41,361 nt of DNA, from IMG/VR virus record IMGVR_UViG_3300048850_000033, positions 1 to 41,361 of that record; one strand, written 5' to 3'. A model generated the notes under the pieces. That model worked only from the letters and a program-made list of their open reading frames with translations, searched no databases and was not told the origin of the DNA. The DNA comes from a virus. Its lineage: Duplodnaviria > Caudoviricetes. A program made the translations under genes and the position numbers. Numbering within the stretch: position 1 is the first letter of the stretch; every line of letters begins with the position of its first letter. Positions 24,981 to 32,980 of this stretch are shown here, piece by piece.

Positions 24981-26437
24981 ATCATCCTCTCCTGCGCTAC
25001 CGCCGGCCGGTTCGACACATAGCGGGTGTACCGGGCCTCGAATTTCAGCGTTTCGCGAACCTCGGGATCCCCGAAGCGATTCTTGATCACGCCTATTTCT
25101 GCCTTCGACCTGATCTCTTCTTCGTCTCCGAACTCGCCGAACACCTTGTTGATGATCTTCCAGTCTCGGTCGTTTGCCGCCGTCGCTACTCTCTTGGAGC
25201 GGTACTTCTGCGGTCGATACAGGTAGACGATGCTGTCATAGTCCTGCCTGGCTCCTTCGCCGCCATAGAGGTCTTCATCGATCGGCCGCGGATTGTCTCG
25301 CTTGATGCCTGCGGAGTTGCGCTGATTAAGGAGGAGAACCGCCGCTGCTACCTCGTCGGCCAAAGCCTTCAGTTCGACGGTGATCTCTGCGGACTGTGTT
25401 CCGGCGTCTGCCCGCGTGTCGCGCACCTTTATCTTTTTGATGTGGTCTATGACGATGAACGGAGTCTTGCCATTGGCGCGGCTCTTGATGAACCGGCGTG
25501 CATAGGCGACGAGTTGCGCCACTCCCTCACGCTGGCATCGGATGATTTCCAGCGGCTGCTGCTTGAGCCACAGGGCAAATTTGACGCACTGATCTTGCTC
25601 GTTCGGGGTCATGAGGTTCGACGGGTCGCGCTGCTGGCGAAGGTCGATCCCCTTCTCTTGGGCGATCATCTGGCGAACGCATTGCGCGGCCGACTGGTCA
25701 TAGGAGAGAAATAGGACCGGGTGACCTTTCCGGAGAGCATGGAACATAAGCTGCATGGTGAGGCTCGTCTTGCCCTCGCCCGATGAGGAAAGAAGCCCGT
25801 AGAGGTTTCCCGCCTCGAAGACTGGCTCGGAGAGTACCTTCGCAATCTCCGGAAGAGGGATCGGGACACCTATGACGCCGTCTGCCTTTGCCGAGGCATT
25901 GAACGCCGCCAGATAAGCATCGCCGGCCGAGACGCTGGCTTTTAGAGCTGCAAGGCGCGTCCTGCGCTCCTTCAAGCGCTGCTCGAGGGCTTCTATCTCC
26001 TCGTCGAGGGTGAGAAGCGTATGGCCTTCTGAGGCGATCGTGGCCGCGAATTCTGCTTCGCTCGCAAGGCCGCGCGAGAGCGCCACGCCCTTGATAATCG
26101 GGATGTCACCTTCCATGCGCATCCGCACCGTGGGATCGGTGCCCATCATCGTTAGGCGGGTGAGGTATTCCGCCGGCGAGATGCTGAGACCTTCGAGGGT
26201 CTTCGGCAGTGCCGGCTTCATGGATACGGCGTTGATGTGCTGGTGCGTCTGATAGAGACGCTGCGCTTCCTTGAAGATGAGGCGGTGAAGGCTTTGGGAG
26301 AAGTCGTCGGCGTCCAGGCCGCAGTCTGCCAGGACCGAGTTGTCGCCGAAGATGCAAGCGAGGAACCGCTCGGCCGCCTCTATGGCGTCATCTTCGGTAA
26401 TCCGGTCGTTGAGTTTGAGCCCCGCATGCATGTTCAT
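24977..26437 (-). CDS. dnaB: DnaB-like replicative helicase
   Basis: AERFLACI..DFSQSLHRLIF N-domain; GEGKT Walker A; IVIDHI, LLLNQ, ARQDYD and KNRFG motifs. Confidence 0.88.
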   Translation of the reverse strand: MNMHAGLKLNDRITEDDAIEAAERFLACIFGDNSVLADCGLDADDFSQSLHRLIFKEAQRLYQTHQHINAVSMKPALPKTLEGLSISPAEYLTRLTMMGTDPTVRMRMEGDIPIIKGVALSRGLASEAEFAATIASEGHTLLTLDEEIEALEQRLKERRTRLAALKASVSAGDAYLAAFNASAKADGVIGVPIPLPEIAKVLSEPVFEAGNLYGLLSSSGEGKTSLTMQLMFHALRKGHPVLFLSYDQSAAQCVRQMIAQEKGIDLRQQRDPSNLMTPNEQDQCVKFALWLKQQPLEIIRCQREGVAQLVAYARRFIKSRANGKTPFIVIDHIKKIKVRDTRADAGTQSAEITVELKALADEVAAAVLLLNQRNSAGIKRDNPRPIDEDLYGGEGARQDYDSIVYLYRPQKYRSKRVATAANDRDWKIINKVFGEFGDEEEIRSKAEIGVIKNRFGDPEVRETLKFEARYTRYVSNRPAVAQERMI

Positions 26438-27000
26438 GCTTGCCTCCCGGCATAGAGGATGACCGGCGCGCGCGGCAGGCGGGGCTTCTCGGTCCAGACG
26501 TACCAGGCGTGATCTTCTGTCCCTGTCACGCCGTCGAGCGTCCAACTGATCCGATCGGTCAGGGCGATCTTGGCGGCGAAGCGAGGGTTCTTGCCGAAGA
26601 GATGCCCGCGGGTGTTGCCGAAATCGAACTTCGCAGTGAGGAGGAGTGCGACGAGGCCCTTGCAGCGGGTCAGAGCATATTCGGCGAAGAGACGGGCATC
26701 CCGGTTGCCTTTGCCGTATGGCGGGTTCGTGATGATCGCTGAGACGCTGGGCCATACCCCATGAGGCCGCAGGAAGTCGTAGATCGACTCATGCTCTCGG
26801 TCATAGGTGGCTATATCGGAGGTATGGACGAAGTCGGCCTGCTCTTTGAGGACATCGGCCATCAGGTGATTGCCGGCGGCCGGCTCCCAGACGGTCATGC
26901 CGTTGACCGGGAAATGCCGTAATAGAGCCTCTGTCACCCACGGCTCTGTCTGGTAGAGGTCGTTTTCGGCTCGGGCGTATTTCGATGCGGTGACCGTCAT
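26434..27000 (-). CDS. Small orphan amino-DNA methyltransferase (m6A/m4C)
   Basis: DLYQTE, WEPAAGNH (motif I) and IITNPPY (motif IV). Confidence 0.88.
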   Translation of the reverse strand: MTVTASKYARAENDLYQTEPWVTEALLRHFPVNGMTVWEPAAGNHLMADVLKEQADFVHTSDIATYDREHESIYDFLRPHGVWPSVSAIITNPPYGKGNRDARLFAEYALTRCKGLVALLLTAKFDFGNTRGHLFGKNPRFAAKIALTDRISWTLDGVTGTEDHAWYVWTEKPRLPRAPVILYAGRQA

Positions 27001-27617
27001 GCTGCTGCGCCTCCGAACAGGTCGCCGCCAACGTGCGAGTTACGCTGCTGCAGGAGGCTCATGAAGGCCGGCTCGTATCGCTTCGCGTGAAGCTTTGCGC
27101 CGCGCCAGCAGACAGCCAGAGCGCAGGCCTCCGCCGCGTTGTGGGCGATTGTCTTCTTGTTCGGCAGGACGATCTGATGCCGCTCGCACTCGGCGACGGC
27201 CGCCGCCTTCCAATCGTTCTCTGGCTTCTTGCCGGGCTTGGCCGGCTTCACCGGTGGCTTGAAGCCCTTGCCGAAGAACATCTTGCGCCAGGTGCCCGGT
27301 GGAATGGTGCCGTAGGGCACGCCGAAGTTGGCGAGAGTGGCGACGATGGCGAGGGAACTCCCCCATGCATAAATGATGGCTGCCGCGTTGCTGTTGCCGA
27401 TCTGGGCGAGCGACTGCTCCTCGAGAACGGCGAAATCGGGCTTGCCGAATTCCTTGATCAGGCGCGTGACCTTCAGGCCGAGCTGATCGCCGGTGTAATA
27501 GGCGTCGGCGTTGTCGGGCATTTCGAGGACGCCGCAGCGAATGGCGGAAAGGTCTCGGGCCGTGTCGTAAAAGGCGTAGCCGGTCGTTTTGGCGGGATCG
27601 AATGCGAGGATCTTCAT
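26997..27617 (-). CDS. RuvC-like Holliday junction resolvase
   Basis: ILAFDPAKTTGYA, AVLEE, PGTWRK and HNAAEA motifs. Confidence 0.85.
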   Translation of the reverse strand: MKILAFDPAKTTGYAFYDTARDLSAIRCGVLEMPDNADAYYTGDQLGLKVTRLIKEFGKPDFAVLEEQSLAQIGNSNAAAIIYAWGSSLAIVATLANFGVPYGTIPPGTWRKMFFGKGFKPPVKPAKPGKKPENDWKAAAVAECERHQIVLPNKKTIAHNAAEACALAVCWRGAKLHAKRYEPAFMSLLQQRNSHVGGDLFGGAAA

Positions 27618-27970
27618 GCTCCGACCTCCGTAGGAATAAGCCGGTAGGAGGTCTCGGACCCGCGCCCGCCGCCGCTCGTGACAACCGACCAGCCAAACGG
27701 GGCGATCGATTTGCGCAGGTAGCTCATCTGGGCGTTGATGACGTTGTCAGCGAGCTCGGGGCCTCCGTCCGCGCGGGATTCGAAGAGGACGGAAAGCAAT
27801 GACGTTTTAGCGACCGTCCGGCCGATGCGTTTTGCGAGAAGCTCGAGGATTGCTTTCTGCTGGCCGCGCGGCACTCGCTCTATAACCATCTCGATCGGAG
27901 CGGCCTCGCCGATGAAGCCTTGGCAGCAGGGGCATGTGTAGCTTTGAACCTGGGGGATGATGTTCATCAT
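27614..27970 (-). CDS. Winged-helix protein (OmpR C-terminal-like) with N-terminal CPCC motif
   Basis: QKAILELLAKRIGRTV...NVINAQMSYLRKSI...SYRL. Confidence 0.75.
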   Translation of the reverse strand: MMNIIPQVQSYTCPCCQGFIGEAAPIEMVIERVPRGQQKAILELLAKRIGRTVAKTSLLSVLFESRADGGPELADNVINAQMSYLRKSIAPFGWSVVTSGGGRGSETSYRLIPTEVGA

Positions 27971-28061
27971 TGCCTGCCTTCGGGAAGAAGAAGGCCGCAT
28001 TCGCGCGGCTTAGGTGGCGCTCGCGTCTTGGGAGGATCACGCGAGCGCCGGGAGGGAACTG

Positions 28062-28607
28062 CTATTCTGCCGCGTCGGCAAAGGGGTCATCCGAATCCGA
28101 TGCCGGTTCCTCTTTCGAGGCCGCTGCGGTGATGCGCGCGAGGATGTCGGGAATTTCGGTCTCGTATTCGGTCCGGCCGGCGTCGTAGGACTCGAGCCAG
28201 AGCTTGTCGTCGACTGAGCCGGCGTCGTAACCGGAGACGCGATCAAGGTTCGTGAGGCCGGCGTGAAAACCCTTGGCCCGGATCAGCTGCTCGCCGTCGA
28301 CACGATCAACCTGGGCCAGAAGGTCGCCGCCGCTCGTCTCCGGGATGAGGCCGAGCCATTCGAGGTTTTCGCGGTCGGACTTCAGCTTATCAACCGGCTT
28401 CTGCTGGTCCTCGGCCTGGAAGGACTTGAGATAGTGATCCAGCTTCTGCGCCGCGAAGCCGCTGGCCTTGGCGTTCTGCCGTACCGATTTGCGCTCTTCC
28501 ATAAGCGCCTTGATCTTGGCGGCGATCGTCCTGTCTTGCTGATGGTAGTAGCTGAAGAGCGTGCGGCGCTCGCGCTCGGCCTTGTCGGTGTCGTTGACGA
28601 TGCTCAT
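28062..28607 (-). CDS. GapR/DUF2312-like N-domain fused to an RMF-like motif
   Basis: KIKALMEERKSVRQNAKASGF (GapR-like); RAKGFHAGL...WLESYDAG (RMF-like). Confidence 0.6.
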   Translation of the reverse strand: MSIVNDTDKAERERRTLFSYYHQQDRTIAAKIKALMEERKSVRQNAKASGFAAQKLDHYLKSFQAEDQQKPVDKLKSDRENLEWLGLIPETSGGDLLAQVDRVDGEQLIRAKGFHAGLTNLDRVSGYDAGSVDDKLWLESYDAGRTEYETEIPDILARITAAASKEEPASDSDDPFADAAE

Positions 28608-28897
28608 GGCAGCTCCCTCTCCAGGCGGTCGAGGGCTTCGTGAGCATCGCGGATGTAGGCGGATGCGTCACGGCTGGCAGAGCCAAGAGCGCCGAAGAGC
28701 CCTTCCACCTGCGGTGACTGCTTCCCGGTCGAACCGCTCACGGGAACGTCGCCACAAAGGCGGCTCACATAAGCCTGAACCCGGATCGACAGAGACTTAA
28801 CCCCATCAAGCGTTTCGGAGGCGATCTGCAGATTGTTCGGGAGCCTTGTGGGCTCCACTTCCCCCGGATAACCGAGCGTAGATTGCGCGTATGCCAT
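28604..28897 (-). CDS. Hypothetical protein
   Basis: SD AGGA; ATGA coupling to the next gene. Confidence 0.7.
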   Translation of the reverse strand: MAYAQSTLGYPGEVEPTRLPNNLQIASETLDGVKSLSIRVQAYVSRLCGDVPVSGSTGKQSPQVEGLFGALGSASRDASAYIRDAHEALDRLERELP

Positions 28898-28934
28898 TCA
28901 TCCTATCCTTTCAGGCTGTTATGGATGGTTTCGA

Positions 28935-29366
28935 TCATGATGTGAGCTTCTCCTTTCGAGCGCGGATTTCCTGAGCCAAAGCCTGAGCTTGAGCATCCAG
29001 ATCCTCAAAATGATCACTGCCGAACTTCCTCTTCTGGATCTCCAGATCGTGTTGCATCCTCTTGATCTTCTCTTCCATGAGACCGACCCAGCCGAGGCGA
29101 ATGCCTTGGACGAAGTCCCATGCAGGTTTCTTGATCTCGCCTGAGAGGAAGCGCCGGAGCTGTCTCGCCGTGACCCCGCAACGCTTGGCGACCCGCTCGT
29201 AAGCGTTCATCTGGTCGCCGTTGCCCCGGCTCTCTTCCTCAAGCATCTTTCGGGCGAACACCGTCGCCTCTTTTGGGTCGAATGCATTTACCGCCAACAT
29301 CGCTTTCGATTGTCCCTTGTTGTTGAACCGCCTCGACAAAAATCGGGCTGAAGTTTTCCGGTCCAT
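28935..29366 (-). CDS. HTH plus coiled-coil protein (CII-like position)
   Basis: AYERVAKRCGVTARQLRRFLSG HTH; SD AGGAG. Confidence 0.7.
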   Translation of the reverse strand: MDRKTSARFLSRRFNNKGQSKAMLAVNAFDPKEATVFARKMLEEESRGNGDQMNAYERVAKRCGVTARQLRRFLSGEIKKPAWDFVQGIRLGWVGLMEEKIKRMQHDLEIQKRKFGSDHFEDLDAQAQALAQEIRARKEKLTS

Positions 29367-29419
29367 GACCTGCTCTCCTGATATTTTTTTCTCAGATCAG
29401 GAGGCGGACACGGAAGGAG

Positions 29420-29656
29420 TTAGACCCGCCCCGCATAGGCAACCCGGCGGATTTGCCGAGGTGCACTACCCGCAAACGCGGGACGAGAATTGGTTGAATA
29501 AGGATCAGGAAGACCGAGCATGGAGCTTCTTTGCCTGGACAGCTGTTGGAGCGTCTCTGCTTCGGAAATCTTGAGGATGCGGCGGATGTCATCGGTATCG
29601 AGACCTCCGCGAAAGAGTTGGAGAGCCGTAAGAGGCTGAGGGCCATGGGCCATCAC
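29420..29656 (-). CDS. Small HTH-like hypothetical protein
   Basis: ALQLFRGGLDTDDIRRILKISEAE pattern. Confidence 0.6.
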   Translation of the reverse strand: MMAHGPQPLTALQLFRGGLDTDDIRRILKISEAETLQQLSRQRSSMLGLPDPYSTNSRPAFAGSAPRQIRRVAYAGRV

Positions 29657-29868
29657 TGAAACCTCGCGGCCATCTCTTCCCGACGAACGCGCGCAAGAGG
29701 CGCGAATTCCTCGTCGGCCTTGGCCTGCTCTGCCTCATAGTCAGGGCGATCGTATGGGCCGCCTCTCCTGCACAGGAAACAAGCCAGCAGGATGCAAACA
29801 CAAAGCCATGAAAAGCCGCCGATTACTGTCAGCTCAAGCGGCGAAAAATGAATGCCGAGGATTGTCAT
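29653..29868 (-). CDS. Small membrane protein
   Basis: Hydrophobic segment VIGGFSWLCVCILLACFLC; ATGA coupling with the upstream gene. Confidence 0.55.
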   Translation of the reverse strand: MTILGIHFSPLELTVIGGFSWLCVCILLACFLCRRGGPYDRPDYEAEQAKADEEFAPLARVRREEMAARFQ

Positions 29869-30185
29869 TGCCCACTCCCACAATCTTCAATGATAGGAAG
29901 GTGATCGCTATGTGCTTCGGATGGGAAAACCGGATCTGCCGGCACGAAATACGGGTGCCAGGCGATCGGCTCTTCGGTCGTAGCGAGGCCGTCCCAGCGG
30001 CCGCGATTATTGAAGCGGCTCGGCGGCAGCCAGCGGGAGAGAGTCTTCCTCCCGCACTTAGTCCAGAGCCAAACCTGATCATGGCGGAACTCTTCGCGCT
30101 CCTTGATCTGGCCGTCCTTGTTAGTCTCTGTGATCGTCACCTTCTTGCCGCGCGGTGCGCTGGCGATGTCGAAATTCCAGCTCAT
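29865..30185 (-). CDS. DUF551-like hypothetical protein
   Basis: MSWNFDIASAPRG ... PIAWHPY pattern; SD AAGGA. Confidence 0.7.
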   Translation of the reverse strand: MSWNFDIASAPRGKKVTITETNKDGQIKEREEFRHDQVWLWTKCGRKTLSRWLPPSRFNNRGRWDGLATTEEPIAWHPYFVPADPVFPSEAHSDHLPIIEDCGSGQ

Positions 30186-30298
30186 GACGATCTGATCCTT
30201 CGAGAAATTGAACGCGTTCACTGCATCGACCTCCGCGAGGTCGCGTGATGCCGAAAAGCGCCGGAACCGTTGGGAAAATTCAGCATGAGGGCGAGTGG

Positions 30299-30508
30299 AT
30301 GGTGATCTTTGATCGAGGAGCACCGTCCTACTTCGCCGACCTCGTTTCCGAGCTGAAGGTCAGCAAGGGCATCGTGCGAATGTCCTTCGCTGCCATCTCC
30401 ACGAACGGAGACGGAATCCCGAAAGCGACCGTGATCGCTCGCATCCGCATGCCGGCCGATGTGGCGTGGGTGTTCTGCGCCGAATTGAAGGCTTTGAAGA
30501 GCAAGTGA
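30299..30508 (+). CDS. Small hypothetical protein convergent with cro
   Basis: Protein-like alpha/beta sequence APSYFAD..GIVRMSF..VIARIRMP; start uncertain (30245-30299). Confidence 0.55.
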   Translation: MVIFDRGAPSYFADLVSELKVSKGIVRMSFAAISTNGDGIPKATVIARIRMPADVAWVFCAELKALKSK

Positions 30509-30510
30509 GG

Positions 30511-30729
30511 TCATGCCGCTTCCTCCGGCGTGGAGAAGAACCACGCGTCATCCCAATCGAGACCGCGCCGAAGAACCTCTGCCCGGATGGATTTCAGCTG
30601 CTCCAGGTCGGGCGAGAGCTGGTTGGTCTCCCACCGGCTGACCGTCGCCTGCTTGGTGCCGGCAACATCGGCAAGCTCGCTCTGGGAGACCTTGAGGACT
30701 GATTTTCTGATGTGCGCGATCGTGTTCAT
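30511..30729 (-). CDS. cro: Cro-like XRE HTH regulator
   Basis: SQSELADVAGTKQATVSRWE HTH; divergent from cI. Confidence 0.88.
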   Translation of the reverse strand: MNTIAHIRKSVLKVSQSELADVAGTKQATVSRWETNQLSPDLEQLKSIRAEVLRRGLDWDDAWFFSTPEEAA

Positions 30730-30735
30730 GCATCC

Positions 30736-30786
30736 CGTATATACGTATGTGTATCGGAATGCAAGAGAAATTATACGCGTCTGTAT
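30736..30786. promoter_or_regulatory. OR/PR region: two 14-bp operators plus the cro promoter
   Basis: ATACGTATGTGTAT (30741-30754) and ATACGCGTCTGTAT (30773-30786); minus-strand TTGCAT-17-TATACG. Confidence 0.75.
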
Positions 30787-30821
30787 TTTACAGGAATCGG
30801 AGCCGGGAATAGCGATTGCGG

Positions 30822-31493
30822 ATGGACTATAAAATCATACTGAGGGCTCTGGCTTCCACGGGGATGAAGCAGGATGAGATTGCTCGCCTGTTGGGCACTT
30901 CTCAGCCGCAAATCGCCCGTTGGCTAAAGGGGCAGGAGCCCAAAGCGGACAAGATTGACGCCATCCGCCAGTTGGCGCGCGATAGGGGGCTAATCTCTGA
31001 TGAGGTGGAGCGGGCTGCGCAAGCGTCGAAGCCAATAGGGAGCAATTTCGTCCCTGAGATCGACCTTATAGCCGGCCTCGGCGGTGGCGGTCTGGCCGCT
31101 GTCGAAGTGTCCACCAGCAACGGCATCACCTTCGCCAAGGAAGTTGTTCGGGACCATTGGCGCCTGCCTGATTGGATGCTCAACCGCCTGAACGTGAAGG
31201 CCGGCCACATAGCCGCCTTCCCCTGTCAGGGCGACTCGATGGCCCCCACGATCGATGATGGCGACGTGGTTTTTATCGATACCAGACACCGCGTCCCGTC
31301 GCCGCCAGGCATTTACGCGCTGGCGGATGAGTTCGGCGGGGTCGTTGTGAAAAGGCTCGAGGTGACCTCCCGGATCACGGACGAGAGCGTTACCGTTTCA
31401 GTCGCATCAGACAACCCGCGCCACATGACGCGCGAGTTGCACTTGGAAGAGATCCATATTCTCGGACGCTACATCGGCCGCTTCACCGTTTAA
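30822..31493 (+). CDS. cI: CI-like repressor (HTH plus S24 autopeptidase)
   Basis: QDEIARLLGTSQPQIARW HTH; AG cleavage site in LIAGLGGG; GDSM catalytic Ser; VKRL catalytic Lys. Confidence 0.93.
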   Translation: MDYKIILRALASTGMKQDEIARLLGTSQPQIARWLKGQEPKADKIDAIRQLARDRGLISDEVERAAQASKPIGSNFVPEIDLIAGLGGGGLAAVEVSTSNGITFAKEVVRDHWRLPDWMLNRLNVKAGHIAAFPCQGDSMAPTIDDGDVVFIDTRHRVPSPPGIYALADEFGGVVVKRLEVTSRITDESVTVSVASDNPRHMTRELHLEEIHILGRYIGRFTV

Positions 31494-31840
31494 CCGAGGA
31501 AGCGCTCCGTTCGGACCTTGATGTCCGCAACGACTATCCCGACGACCCTTTCGTTGAACTCTTCCCGGCCGATCGTCTTCGCCCGATAGCGCGGGTTCTC
31601 CCTAGAGAGACAGAGGCCACCTTCCTCGAGCGTATTGCTGACGCGGTACAGATCGAGAGCAAGACCATCGTCGAGGAGATAGATCCCCTCCCCTTCATAC
31701 GCGGTCACCGGCGCCAGAAGCGCGTAATCGCGGCCGCCGCGGAGCGCTGGCTCCATTGTGTCGGACTGAACCGCATGCACGCGGAAACGACCGTCAAGCA
31801 GATTTTCAGGCGGAGTATTCGGATTAAAAAGATCATGCAT
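31490..31840 (-). CDS. Stand-alone degenerate S24-like domain
   Basis: VHAVQSDTMEPALRGG, GIYLL, LSRENPRY and VVGIVV motifs; no HTH. Confidence 0.7.
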   Translation of the reverse strand: MHDLFNPNTPPENLLDGRFRVHAVQSDTMEPALRGGRDYALLAPVTAYEGEGIYLLDDGLALDLYRVSNTLEEGGLCLSRENPRYRAKTIGREEFNERVVGIVVADIKVRTERFLG

Positions 31841-32164
31841 TTTGCCCCTCGTGCAACTCGTCGAGCACCCCCAGCATCAGAGTGCGCCTTAACGTCTACC
31901 CAGCAGTTGCATTTTCCGACACCGGAATTGCCGTTGATAGAATATCGGGGATTGTCACAAATCCTTCTTGCAGAGCGGCGCCGAAATCGGCGGCCATACT
32001 GCGTATGACAATTTTGTGACAATCCACAGGGAAACACCCCTAGCGATTGATGGCGGAAGAACGATTTTTCGGGGGTGTTGCTGGTGGTTACCGGCCGATC
32101 GCCGCCTTAGGAGCGCGTTCACATTTCGGCGGTACGAATAATCTTGCGTGATCGGATGGTTGGC

Positions 32165-32587
32165 ATGGATGACATTGAAGAGCTTGCTGGCGTCATCGAG
32201 GACATCTTGCGCCTCCTGGGCGACTTGGGTTCCTCGCACACCAGATACAAGAAAGCCGCCGGCGAATTGCACCAGCGGCTGATAAAGTACACCGCCGACC
32301 TGAACGAGCGGATGGCGTCTGCCACGAGGGAGCGCACCCTTCTAGAGATGCTCATCATGTCCCTGATCGAGGAGCTTGCTCGTTCGAACTCCGTAGACCC
32401 GTCAGCCGTTGCGAAACGCTATCTAGCTCGCGCTGAAAGTTCTCATTTTCTTCTCGATCGGCCTTCGCTTGCAAAAGCAAAGATCGTCGCAGACCTGCTA
32501 AACTCTTCCGGGTTTCCCGACAACCTTCCACCTGCGCGAGGTCTCGGGCCCATACTTGTCGTCGATAACGATCAAGACGATTCATAG
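32165..32587 (+). CDS. Hypothetical helical protein in the immunity region
   Basis: Long ORF with coiled-coil character; start uncertain (32144-32165). Confidence 0.6.
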   Translation: MDDIEELAGVIEDILRLLGDLGSSHTRYKKAAGELHQRLIKYTADLNERMASATRERTLLEMLIMSLIEELARSNSVDPSAVAKRYLARAESSHFLLDRPSLAKAKIVADLLNSSGFPDNLPPARGLGPILVVDNDQDDS

Positions 32588-32619
32588 CTTCCCATTCCTT
32601 CCTCTACCAAACGTTTATC

Positions 32620-32860
32620 TGTTCCTGAAGGATGGTGAGGGAGGGTTCCGGCCAAAGCTTCCCCCTACCCCATGGATCAAATCCAAGAGGCGGGGGAAGC
32701 GATGACCTGTCCTGAAGGCCGGAGCCGGGATGGGACACGTGCCAGGGCGCCTCGTCGGTTGGCCCGCCCTCATTTTCTGGCAGCACAGTAGGGCTTTCGC
32801 TTCCCGCGCCGTGGGCTTCACCAGCTCGGGAGTTGCACCCGGTCGCCCATCATTTGCGAC
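32620..32860 (-). ncRNA. Candidate structured ncRNA
   Basis: Many nested stems, a T-loop-like and a GNRA loop on the minus strand, upstream TTGACG; no credible ORF. Confidence 0.45.
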
Positions 32861-32898
32861 AGACATACGCCACACAGCGAGCATACGTCAAGAATTTT

Positions 32899-32940
32899 AT
32901 ACGTATGTGTATTGACGTTTAATACGAATGCGTATAGAAC
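32899..32940 (+). promoter_or_regulatory. OL/PL region: two 14-bp operators plus the early promoter
   Basis: ATACGTATGTGTAT (32899-32912, identical to the OR site) and ATACGAATGCGTAT (32922-32935); -35 TTGACG at 32912. Confidence 0.8.
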
Positions 32941-32980
32941 GTATCTCATCAACACCGGCAAGCGGGCCGGGCAGATGGGG

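Noticed and set aside
26437-26755. N-terminal extension of the helicase ORF in the track (similar extensions at 4171, 23110, 36153 and 39895)
   Set aside because: Overlaps the neighbouring gene; internal ATGs with SD or stop-start coupling fit better
32815-32850. Cobalamin riboswitch or tRNA suggested by GGTGCAACTCC on the minus strand
   Set aside because: No AGGGAA or B12-box elements, no cloverleaf and no CCA end
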